Assembly: GCA_030167865.1 (NCBI GenBank)
Contig: JALAGF010003586.1
Location: 62,001 to 126,000, forward strand
Reading direction: 5' to 3'
From: Craspedostauros australis
Taxonomy: Eukaryota
Length of the DNA stretch: 64,000 nt
Of this stretch, positions 49,669 through 61,400 are shown piece after piece. Position 1 is the first letter of the stretch. Every line of letters begins with the position of its first letter. The position numbers were made by a program, and so were the translations under genes. Under the pieces are notes generated by a model, which was given only the letters and a program-made list of their open reading frames with translations, ran no database searches and was not told the DNA's origin.

Positions 49669-51864
49669 ATGGGACAGACTTGCACCAAACCCACCTGCTA
49701 CTCTGTGGAGCAGGATGCCGGGGAAGGCTCGCGGGCCGATTCCCCTGATCCAGTCATGTACGATATCATGCGAAAGTCCATCCAGGCCACGCACGAAGTC
49801 CGCAGGCGCCCGTCTCTCAGGGATGACAGCGGAAGCAGCTGCGAAAGCCACAGCAACAGCAGCCCCCATCGCGACTACTCGCATCACGCAGCAGCGCAGC
49901 ACTCGCGAGGCAGCAAAGCCTCGAAACGAGGTCTCACGGGACAATGCCACCTGCTCTACAAGAATTCAGGCTCGTCGCCCGTGTCCAAGTTCGAATCGGG
50001 CAGCGGGGACTATCATCAAACCAATCAGGGTTGCAACTCGGACATTGCGCCGTGGGCTGATGCTTCTGGCGCTGGCGGGACGGGAGGAGGATCGTACGCC
50101 GCAGACGGGCGCAAGAGAAATCACGATGGAAGCAGCGAGGACCTGGTTGCACCGTATCCCACCAGATTACTCACGAGGCGGCGTTCACAACGCGGCATGG
50201 AGGAGGGTGGTGGCACGCACATTTACGCCATTCGCTATCCGGAGTCATCGACCCTCACGGTCGTATCACATGAGCAAGCCCCGACATCGACGCCAACGCG
50301 TGGTCAGGAACAGTGCCCGCCAAGACGGTCGGCATCGCAACACAAAGCTGCTGCTCAATCATCGTCGGCGGCGTCGTCGTCGTCCGGTAACAGACATTCT
50401 TCCGCAAGCACCAAGCATGCCAGTCGTTCTCATTCATCTTCATCATCCTCCGCCCGGAAAGCGTCAACCACAAAAACATCCAGAGCGGCGGCATCGTCGT
50501 CGTCAACCACGACAGCAACCCCCGCCATGCCAGCGACATCCATGTTCTCGCCGGCACCGGTCATGGAAGGTGGGGACATTTTCACGTCGGAGGCCTTGGC
50601 ACCAAGCCCCTCCTTCAAAGGTACGTTCATTCATGCACTCGTCCATCCATTCGTCCATCCACTCGATCCTGCTAGAATTTAGCATGCGGCCTTTGCTGAC
50701 TTTTGCAAAGTGCCCCCCGAGAATCTGCCAGTTACGAATGTTCAATGACAAATGCGCAATGCAACGAAATACAATGCAATGCAATATCTGACACCCATTT
50801 CCGCGTACGCCACGATTAATCACCCATCTCTCCATTCACTTCATTGCTTTGCACGATGCGCGCATCCCGTATCACGTATCATTCATTCGTTCATTTACGC
50901 ACAAACGCGACCACGACGGTAACGACTCCACAAAAACACCAACGATGATGACACGGCGATGATAATGGCAACCGTACACTCCCTTGGCGTTGATCCTTTC
51001 ACAGTATTGGATTGGGTGACCGTGTCGCATGATCATAAGATTTACGTTGCGGATGTCGGTCTGTCTTCATTTGAATGCGATCACATTGTCAGAGTGACGG
51101 AAGATGTTTGTCGCGGACAGTACGCAGCATACACATACGCCAAGCAAACGCTGGGATGTCGGGAGTTCCCAACCCTGGCCCACACATGCTTTCATCCAGT
51201 TCACACCATCGTTCATGCTATTGGACAGCGTCTGAACGGCAGGCATCTGCAGCTGGATGATCGCGAACCGCACGTCGTCAAGTACGACATCACGCGCAAG
51301 GAAAGGCAGAAGCTGGACATGCACACTGACAAGAGCGAATGGACCTTCCTCATTGCCTTGTCCAACGGCTGTGGCGTGGATTACGAAGGCGGCGGCACCT
51401 ACTTCGAGTGCTTGGATTCCACGGTGCACATCCAACGCGGTCACGCCCTCATCTTCCCCGGCAAGCTGCGTCATTGCGGGCAAAAGATAACAAGCGGGCT
51501 GCGATTCCTCCTGGTCGGCTTCCTCGTTGACAAGGCGGCAAATCCAATCACTGGCGTGACTGCGACGGGAGGCACGGCGACATCCACCACGGCTTCATCG
51601 GCAACAGCAACAACGATTACTACGGCGGCGGGTGATTCCACGAAGGCATCTTCGACGAATGCCAGCAAGGTGATATCGATCGCGTCATCGTCGTCAACGT
51701 CACCAGCAACTGCGGGAACCACAACGAGAACGCTCGGATCGACACGAAAGTCAAACGCCTCGTCGAGCGGCTTGGGTGGTGCACAGCACCAACCCAGCAA
51801 CATGAGACTTGCGTCCAATGTCATTGTGTCCACCCTGACGAGCGGTATTTCGTGCTCCAAATAG
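49669..51864 (+). CDS. 2OG-Fe(II) oxygenase (prolyl/lysyl-hydroxylase-like) with disordered N-terminus; exons 49669-50620 and 51005-51864
   Basis: VVKYD...LDMHTD, DYEGGGTYF, HALIFPGKLRHCG and GLRFLLVGF give the HxD...H...R set. The N-terminus is MGQTC. Intron GTACGT...ACAG. Confidence 0.83.
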
Positions 51865-52914
51865 ATGTTCCAAAGAATTATTGTGAGCTGATACGCTCCC
51901 ACGAGATCGTATCACCAAATGAATGCATCAACGAACAACAGAGTACGAAGGCACCAGCCACGCACAAAACATAAAACATACCATAATGCTCGGACCGCAC
52001 CATGCGTGCAGCTGAAGGAATTGAGCGATGGATAGAGAACTCACGAATCCAGATCGCATCAAATTGAGAATGAATGAGTGGGTGGGTGGATGAATGAATG
52101 AAAGAAAAAAGAAACAACATGTAAATCGTGCCATACACGTGCCATACAACAGTGAGACTTCCATAAAGAGTAACAGAAACAGTAACAGTATTTCCAACTG
52201 AGCAGATCATCTCCAACTTCTCTGCAGAGAGAGAGAGAGAGACTCACCAAATACTCTCGAGAACTTGTCGTACAGGTATGCCGTCATTTTGGCAATTGCA
52301 CCATGGTGATCAGCGCCGTATCCGCACTCTGTCTACCTACACTTCTGCGAACTACATGACAACACCTCGACACAGCACCACAGCGAGCATCAACCCAATC
52401 CCGTGATAACCGAATCTCGTGAGTCGACCAAACCGATCAAAATCTGACGCAGTCGTGGACTTGTCGATTCGCGCCGACATGACTCGGAGCTTCTGACCAA
52501 TCAAAACGGCTTAGAATACGTCAGCAAATTGATGTGGAAAGAGAAGCCAAGCTGAAAGAAGCGAACATTCGGGAATGTTCTGCGCTGTGTCGAAAACGAA
52601 CCTTCGTGCGCGATCCGCAGAGGAAGAAACAAGAACCGCACGAAATGACATCCCTTCGAATTGCGCAGTCATCGCCTTTCTTCGGTGTCAGGTATCATCA
52701 TCAGCTTCTTGATGGACGTCATCACATCGCAGCGCTGCAGACAACACGACGCACACCCACCATCGATCATTTCAATCTCCTTTCCTCCCATAATTCCAAA
52801 CAGCGCAACAGCCGAAGCCACACCAAAGCAACGGCCAAGCACCAAACAAGCAAACCGAATCAACACAAATTACTCACAAACCTCCTCGTGGCAGAAACAA
52901 CCATAACGTCAACG

Positions 52915-55008
52915 ATGTTAGACGCCATCAACCCAGCCGGTTCATCGAGGACGGGCAGTACTCGTTCATCGCACGTCATGACGGTGGTGGTCATGGTAAT
53001 GGCGCTGGCGCTGGTCAGCGTCGAAGCGTTCCACCCAGCTCTGCCGTCCGTATCCAGATCTCCGCTGTCCAGGACGGCACCCAAGGCAGCAGCCAAGGCC
53101 ACATCCACGCAACGATACCTCTACGTCGACCCTGACGACGTCAAGTCAGGCGTGGGCACCATCATTGACAAGACAGCGACCTTGGATGCAGACAGCAAGA
53201 AGGAGACCGCAGAAGATGGCGATGTCTTGGAGGCGGCCACCCCTGAGACCGTCGTCGAGACTGCGGTGAACGGCGAGAGCATCGCTGCTGCGAACAATGA
53301 TGAGGACGAGGAAGAGAGATTCCTCAACATGATCAACAGCGAGGTGGCATTGAAGAAGTTCTTGGGCCAGACTGTCAAGACCGCTCGGGACATACCATTC
53401 GACATCCTCTTCGATCGAACACTCGACACGGTTGAGGATATTGTCAACATCGTCCGTCGTAAGCCCTTCGACTACGACTGGATCGCCAAGGAAGAACTGG
53501 AGAAGTGCCGCGACAAGACCGTCGTCGTGTTGGGCAGCGGCTGGGCTTCGCACGCCCTCATCAAGGCAGCCGACACGTACTCAATGAACCTCATCGTTGT
53601 CTCCCCAGTCAACCACTTCGTCTTCACGCCGATGCTGGCGTCGGCCGCAGTCGGAAGCGTGGAGCACACCAGCATGACCGAAGCCGTGCGCGCCTCCAAT
53701 CCGATGGTGGAATACCTCGAAGGTAAGGCCACGGACATTGATGTGGAGGGCAAGAAGGTCACCGTCCAGCTCAATTCCTTGCTGAAGAACACGGAAGACG
53801 CGGATGCGTCCCACAACAAGGACCCAGAACCAATCGAGATCGACTACGATGCCTTGATCGTGTCGGTGGGAACGCGGGTGAGGAAGTCCATCACGCCCGG
53901 TGCGGAAAAGTACTGTCACTACCTCAAGACCTCCAAGGACGCCCGCGACTTGAGGAGAGCCATTGGTGAAGTCCTGGAGTACGGATCGAGGCCCGATGTT
54001 TCCTCATCCGGAAAACTCAACAGCGATCCATCCGCAGAAGACCCCACCAAGAAGGAAGAACGCCGTCGCCGGCTGCGATTCTGCATCGTCGGTGGTGGCC
54101 CCAGCGGCGTCGAACTGTCCGGTGAGCTGAGCGACTTCTTCGCGGATGTCTGCCATCCGAAGAAGGGAACCTATCCCAAACTGAAGGATGAAATCGAGGT
54201 CCTGCTCGTGCACGGCGAGGACAGTCTGGTGACGCAGTTCGATAAGAACCTGCGCGACCACGCTTTCGAATCGCTGCAAAAGCGCGGCGTCAAGGTGATG
54301 TTGAATACCTTCACGACAGAGGTCGGGGAGGACTACGTGATTCTGATGGACAGGTACACAGGGATCAAGGAGCGTGTTCCGGTCGGCCTCACAGTATGGG
54401 CGGCTGGAATTGAGCCGGTCGCATTCTCCGAGAAGATGCTGGAGCAGCTGCCAGAATCCGCCCGTGGGATCGGTGGCAGGATCAACGTCGACAAGTGGAT
54501 GCGTCCGCCGATGCCTAACGATGAACTGATGGGCTCCATCATGGTGATGGGCGATGCAGCAGCCTTCATGGACATCGACCATGGCGACCCCAAGAAGAAC
54601 TCGTACCTACCCCAAACGGCTCAAGTCGCCGGTCAGCAGGGTGCGTACATGGCACGCTTGCTCAACCGCAAGTACAACCTCACGATGACGCCGCCCGTGT
54701 TGCAATCGGCAGCATCCAGCAACTCAACAAGCGACGCCCTCGACAACTGGCTGCGTTTGAGAGGCATGGAGGAGGCATCAGGCTTCAATTTTTTGAATCT
54801 TGGAATGCTGGCGTACGTCGGAGGTGGCGATGCGTTGTCGCAGATTCAGATTGGAGATGTCCCGCTCTTCGCCTACTTCGGCAGTGCGGGATTCGTCCTG
54901 TGGCGATCTGTCTACCTCGTCAAGCAGGTCGCAACGCGCAACCGTATCCTGGTAGCGTTCGATTGGTTGAAGACCGCTGTCTTTGGTCGTGACGTCACGA
55001 GGTTGTAG
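52915..55008 (+). CDS. Plastid-targeted type II NAD(P)H:quinone oxidoreductase (NDH-2)
   Basis: Signal peptide ending VEA-F-HP. Motifs VVVLGSGWA, SPVNHFVFTPML, IVGGGPSGVELSGEL, WAAG, MGDAA and PQTAQVAGQQG; C-terminus FGRDVTRL. Alternative start ATG at 52978. Confidence 0.92.
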   Translation: MLDAINPAGSSRTGSTRSSHVMTVVVMVMALALVSVEAFHPALPSVSRSPLSRTAPKAAAKATSTQRYLYVDPDDVKSGVGTIIDKTATLDADSKKETAEDGDVLEAATPETVVETAVNGESIAAANNDEDEEERFLNMINSEVALKKFLGQTVKTARDIPFDILFDRTLDTVEDIVNIVRRKPFDYDWIAKEELEKCRDKTVVVLGSGWASHALIKAADTYSMNLIVVSPVNHFVFTPMLASAAVGSVEHTSMTEAVRASNPMVEYLEGKATDIDVEGKKVTVQLNSLLKNTEDADASHNKDPEPIEIDYDALIVSVGTRVRKSITPGAEKYCHYLKTSKDARDLRRAIGEVLEYGSRPDVSSSGKLNSDPSAEDPTKKEERRRRLRFCIVGGGPSGVELSGELSDFFADVCHPKKGTYPKLKDEIEVLLVHGEDSLVTQFDKNLRDHAFESLQKRGVKVMLNTFTTEVGEDYVILMDRYTGIKERVPVGLTVWAAGIEPVAFSEKMLEQLPESARGIGGRINVDKWMRPPMPNDELMGSIMVMGDAAAFMDIDHGDPKKNSYLPQTAQVAGQQGAYMARLLNRKYNLTMTPPVLQSAASSNSTSDALDNWLRLRGMEEASGFNFLNLGMLAYVGGGDALSQIQIGDVPLFAYFGSAGFVLWRSVYLVKQVATRNRILVAFDWLKTAVFGRDVTRL

Positions 55009-55454
55009 GCGCAACACACAAGTGCGCGCACCATACCAACACGGAATACATGAACTCTCTTGGAGAGATGCGCGCAAGCTGGTCACTCTATCCGCCAGAT
55101 CAGCAACACCCCCCAATACGCAGACCACTCACACTCAATAGGATACACTGAAATACATAGAATACCAACATACCCATGATCTATTCTCCGAGTAGTTGAA
55201 GTGCAGAGACAAGGCTACAGATCAACGCAGAGGCTTGCGCAGATTTGATTTTTGCGATGACGCTTCCTCCATCTTCCTGTTTCTTCCTTTTTATTGTGCT
55301 CTTGCTTTCACACATGATTGTATTTCATGGACAGCACTAATATGTGTGCCCCCCGCATGTAGTGCTATTCTACGGGCACAAATCCAGCATATCTGCTATG
55401 ACGCAACAACTATTGCGAACAAAAGATCTATCAGTTTCTCGACTACAAATATGT

Positions 55455-58400
55455 TCACGCGAATGGGGTCGATGCAATCGTCTTCAGCTTCGCCCTGATC
55501 TTGCCCTGCCTCTGCTTCTCCGCTTCCAACGTCCGCCATATTGGACTGTTGCCTGTTGTGGGTGTGGAGCTGCGATGTGTTTGCTGCTGTCGCGGGGACG
55601 CCGTATCTATCGGTCGAGGTGACGGCGACGGCGACCGCGATGCAGCTCTGGATTGTGGTAAGTCCGCCAAGGAAGCAGCATCTTTGTCTGCATTTCTGGA
55701 TTTGATGACCATCCTTTTCGTTGGTGAATGGATCGAAGTTGACGGCCTAGCTGGAGAAAGGCGCCCATCATGGGAGACCTGTCTCGTGGCTTGCGGTGGA
55801 GTTGGACGCCATGGACCAGCGGTAGCATCCGCGCCAGGTCCATGACTTGATACTCTCATGGGGCTCAACTTTCTCTTTGATGGAGACTTTCTGTGTCTGG
55901 ACAAATTGACGGGTGACAACAGCGTCAGCTGGAACTCTTCGTTCGATGCTTCATCTGTCGATGTTGATCGTAGCGGAGGTGGCGGTGTGTGTATCGCTTG
56001 TTGCTGCGAACGTTCTTGAGGAGGAGGAGGAGGAGGAGGAGGCGGCGGCGGTGGATGTGGAGGTGACATGGCACTCCTATCCGTGTCTTGCTTTGGCGTT
56101 GAAGCCATTGTATTAGGCTTGGATGGCATCTCACGCGTCTTTGTTGGAGATGTCGATTGCTTGCGTGATGATCTGTGGTCGGAGCCTTGTGTTTTCTTCT
56201 TGTGCCTTGAGGCACGTAAATCACTCGCGGTCGTCCCACCTGGCTTTGATTGTCTTTTCTTTTCGTTTGGCGAAGCCGGGGCCTCCGTATGAGATGAGCC
56301 ATGTCTCGCAGACCGTTTGGTCGATGAGCTGTCGTGCTGGCTCCTCGATATTCTTGCTGTCCTCGCTGTACTACGAGCAGTATGCTGGGTTGTTGTGTGT
56401 TCATCGCCGCCTGCCTTGGACTTCTTCGTTGGCGACTTCTTCCTGTGTCTTGAGTGCTTCAAACTGACAGAAGATGGACTTCTGATGTCATCATCTTGCC
56501 TCTGAATTGCATTTTGCTTGCCTGGCTCCTTATGGGACCTACTACTCGTGGTATGGTGTGTCTTGCGAGCAGTCACAGATGGTGATCCGACGGAATGACG
56601 CCTTGGCTGCCTTGGAATGTGCACAATCCGACTTTTGGTTGTGGACAACTTGCTGTCGATGACGTGCGTGGTCGCAGCAGCGGCGGCAGTAGCACCATAG
56701 TCTTGTTCTCCGCTCGACATTCGTCTCATTGCGAACCGATGTCGTGGGAGAGAGTAGGAGACAGACTCTGAATGTGACGTTGCCGTGAACGCGGATTTCG
56801 ACGATGTGCGAGAGGATGAAGATGTGGTTTCATCGTAAAGCAACATATCACCGACGAGGCCGTGTGTTCTCTTCCACGGCGACAGCGATCTGTATGTGCG
56901 ATCTCTACGCCCGGACGCTGTCCCCTGCTGTACTGTTGATGACGCTTGTTCGACGCCGCTGCGATTTCCCGCTCGCACTGTTCTGTCACGATGGATCATG
57001 GGTGGCTTTGCAAACGCCTGCCTGTATTGCTGGGATGTTTTTGGTGGCGAATGATTCGTAGCTGGTATGTGCCGTAGTTGCTGCTGTTGTTCTTGTTGTT
57101 CCTGTTGCTTCTGCTGTGTGTCTGAAGCCGTGCCTCTCTCATCTGCACATGACTGCGCCGAGTCTGCTTCGTCGGTTCCCAGATATGGTATGGACAGCTT
57201 CTGCAGGACGAGATGTTTCGTCATCGAAGATGATCGAGTAGAGGGGGAGAAGCCGGCACCTGTCGATGGTGTGCTAGTGGATTCTGTTGTGAGCTGTGCG
57301 TCCTCATCTGTTTCAGTAGAAGCGCGCTGATTGTGTCTGCTGCTGCGACTTTTGGAGTGTCTTGTGTGGTACACTCGCATCTGCGTCTCAGCCTGTCGTC
57401 GTTGAGAAGCCTCCTTCGGTGATGGACGGGAGCTGCCTCCGGAATGTCGCACTCGAGGACTGGCGCTGCGCACCTTTCTCGATGAATGCGAGTGCGAAGG
57501 CGATTGAAACGAGCCGTCGTCCTCCCAAGTCTGCCCATGCTCTGAACGGTATCTCTTCTTTTCGTGTCTGCTTGACTTGTTGCGTGGACTTTCACCGTGA
57601 CGAGGCGAAATCAAGCCTTCACCCCTCTCCCCATTGCTAGCATGTACATTTTCATGAGCCGGGGTGTTCGTGTGCTCGATGATCGTCTTGGGCGACAAAG
57701 GTGGCTCAATTTGCTTCGCAGAATGACGCAGGCGCCGTGACGGCGACTGCCGGTTGGACGGTTTCGGGCTAATGTTCATACCACCTGGGCTGGAAGATGC
57801 TGCCGTCATCTTCCTTCCTCTTGGCGATGGTGGGACGTACGACACAGAACCACTCGATCCATGCATCGATTCAACCAGGTCCACAAGGATGCCCGTGTAA
57901 GTGGATCTCGCTGGGCGTGCATGAACCTTCTTCACGTGAATCGCGCTTGACAGAGAAATGAATTGGTCGAGCTTGATCCCACGCCGCTGCGTTGATTCGT
58001 GCTCGTGATCGCCACCGCCAGTACCAATGTCAGTACCAATGTCAGTACCACTGCTGCTTTTGGTATTGATTTTGGCCGCAGCATCACCGATCTTGCCGGT
58101 GAATATCCTATCCTTCTTCACTCCTCTCTCAGGACTCGCATGGTCTCGCACGGCAAATCGGTTCGATGACACGGTGTATTCCTTTGCGGCTGTCTTGGTC
58201 CCCTTATTTACATCTCGCGGCTTCAGTGCGATGATGCGTTGGGGGGTCACAGAGCGTACGTTTGCCTTCTTGAGTGCCCCGCGTTCTCGATGTTGGTCAG
58301 TCCGTGCATCTGTTTTGCTTTCATTGCCAGACGTTGCCTTGGTCCGATTGGCCGTTGCGATCGTCTCCTTCGACTGGCTGTTAGGGCCATGCAACGATGA

Positions 58401-61400
58401 CGGGATCAATGTCGGCGGCGGTGGCGGTGATGATTGAGATGAAGATGAGAAGGACGTCGATCCCGAAATCGCATGAAAACTCGGGCCAAGAGACACGGTT
58501 CCTTCTGAATACACCAGCGATGATGTGGATGCCGCTCCATGGGGTGGGTGCTGCCGGCCGTGACCAATTTGCAATGGCCTGTTCCGCCGTTGGTTCACGA
58601 ATGCAGAATTCTCACTTTGGAACTCAGCCCGACGTCGGTCGTTGTCGTTGTTGGCGCTGCTGCTATCGTCGTTCGAAGACGACAGATTCTTCGGAGGTGT
58701 ATCATCAAGGAAGTTCTGGCCGAGCAAGGACCCTCCGCTGATGGTCCCATCATCTCCTATTCCAAACGAATCAGACGTTGACGACGAACGTCCCGAATAT
58801 GCCGAGTGCATCGACTTTCTATGAGCCGAAATGGTGGAATCGACCAAGGGGACCATGACGATATTCCTTTGAACACTTGGACTGTTGTTGTTGTTGTTGT
58901 TGTTGTTGTCGGGAGCCTTGGGCTCACCGTCAATGATCTTTTTCGACTGCATCGTCGCACTGAGCGCAGCGCGCACCAAGGTGGATTGCCATTCTCGGAA
59001 GGAGCCGCTGGCCGTGCGCTGCACGCCCAGAGGGGTCGCACCGGCTGAATTCTCCCCAGTTTCTTCCAATTCGGATGGCGGTGCGTATTGCTTTGACGAC
59101 GACGATGCAGACGAGGAGGATGGCGACAAATTGAGGAGGTTCTTTCCAGCTTCCCATGAATCCTCCGAGATGGATAGGCTTTCTGCCTTCGTCGCGCGCG
59201 GACGAGGAAGCTTCTGCGTTTGTGCGCGAGTTGGTTTCGACGCCGAGCCATGCTGTGCTGAGTGCCGATTGCGTTGTTTGCGTTGGATCTGCGCCTGTAC
59301 CTGTGTTTGTGCTTGCGCTTTTGCCTGTGCTCTGGATCCTTGTTTTGTGTTGCTTCTCTCAGCTGTCTTGTCTGATGTCGTCTTGGCGTCTTTGCGGGTC
59401 TTATCATTGGTTTGTGAGGTCGATTTGGACTCTTTCGCATGAATGTCTCCGATCGCCGATCCCTCTTTGGCAACATTGAGCTGCGTGAAGGAGTCATCGT
59501 TGCCGTCCTTGGTCGTACTCTTTGTCGCCTCCGAATTCCGTTGCAGTATTCCTGATTCTGCTTTCTCTCTCGACCGCTGCTTGGATGCGAATGAGAAAGA
59601 TCTTGGCTTCTTGATGGTTTCGTCGGGTGCCGAGCTCCTCTTCTGATTCGCTGCAGATGCCTTGGGCTTCCGAAGGAAGAAGATCTTTGAAAGCGACGAA
59701 TGAAGCCTTGACTTGTGAGAATGTCGTTTAGGTGGAGGGGGCGGAGAGAGCGACACAGACTCCTGCCGGGCCACTGCGGTCTTTTGCTGCTGCCGGCCTC
59801 GAGTCGCAGTTCGTTTCGCAGCCTGTGGAAGTGGCTTTGATGAAGCTTTTGGTGGCATTGGTCCTATCTTCGCTGTTGTGGTTGATTTCGCCTTTGCTGT
59901 TGCTGCTGTCTTCGATCTTTTCGACTCCGACGATACCTTGGTGGACGGAACAGGCGTAGGCGATGTGGCTGTGGATGTCCTCGGCGAGTTGGCCAACCGC
60001 CTCCTTGACGAAGGCTTCTGTGGCGGCTGCAAGTCTGCCTCAGCACTGCCTGCCTTTCCGGTACTTGCTTCAGTGACTTGCTGTCGATTCTCGTCGTCTC
60101 TCTTGTCATGCTTTGGATACGACGCAACGGCGAGTGACGGAAGGGTTGGTATGGAAACAGATATTGAGGAAGCGAACGTCATGTCTGAGTTTATGTTCGA
60201 TGCGAGAGAGGACGATGGACTTCGAATCTGCGTCTGCATGTGCTGCTGTATGGTGTACTTTGCTGATCGCGATGACACGGACGATACGGATGATTTGATG
60301 CCAGATGAAGATGACGATGAGGTATGTGACTGTTCTCGACGATTCTTCTTGTGAAATAGTACTGTCGATGGTGGACTGTGGAATGACATTGATTGTAGTG
60401 CTGTTGATCCTGACGCAGATACAGATGCGGCTGCAGAACTCGATGTTGCTGCTGCTGCTGCTGCTGCTGAGAGATTGATGTCAGGTGTGCTTGTTGGACT
60501 TGCGGCTGTCTTCGTAACTGGAAGCATGTCCTCCTTTCGATGGGAAGGTGACGGGTCGTACTTCAATAGAATGGGTCGGCCTCCATCTTGTTGTTGGTTA
60601 GGTGAGTCAGAACGGTTGTTGCTGTTTGGCTCCTGTTGTCGTTTCGTGTCACTCGTCGTTGCCGGAAGGGCAGGCTGCGATGCTTTCGTTTCCTTACTTG
60701 GAGATGTTGTTCGTTTTGCATCGGTGGATGGATGATGACTTAGATCCGCACTCGGCGTGCGCGATTCGGAGCTCTGATTCGTCCGTTCCTCGGCCACCGT
60801 GACATGTTCTCTTGCATCTTCACTCTCTCCATCGCGTGCGTGCGAGTCTACTGTATCGGTCGATTTTGGTGCGGAACTTGACGAGAATGATGGCGCTGAT
60901 AGCGATGGCAGTGATCGCGATGCCAACGGAGACGACGGCGGTGACGCTTGCGCCGATGAAAGATGCGGCAACGCGAAACTTCTGCTGCTATCGTTGAGAT
61001 GCAAAATCTCGAACGACTCTGTGTCGACAGGAATGTGCGAAGACCCCTGCACAACCATCAAGGGTTCTTGGCTGTGGTTGAACGAGATCGATCGCGAGGA
61101 AGCACCGGATGCGGAGTTGGTCGTTTGCAGAGCTTGGCGTTGCCGTTGCAATTCTTGCGGCGATGGCAGGACGAGTTGGAAGCAAGATCTGGAGCTGTGA
61201 AAGACGGTGCCTTTCCTTTCAAGTTTGCTCCTGTTCCTGGTTTGAGCGCCGTCATCGCCGTCATCGCCGCTGTTGTGGATTCGATCGCTCCTTTCGGTTT
61301 GAATTCTGCTTTCAATTTCAATTCCGGTTGCCTCGTGACCATGTGATGGCTGGGAGCGTTTTGCTGGTGATAGATGCAGCTTGCCAGAAGTATAAAGGTT

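Noticed and set aside
52534-52914. N-terminal ORF-track extensions from GTG/TTG starts (also 8920-9264, 25727-25819, 49453-49668)
   Set aside because: These are eukaryotic genes, and the downstream ATGs give proper targeting peptides.
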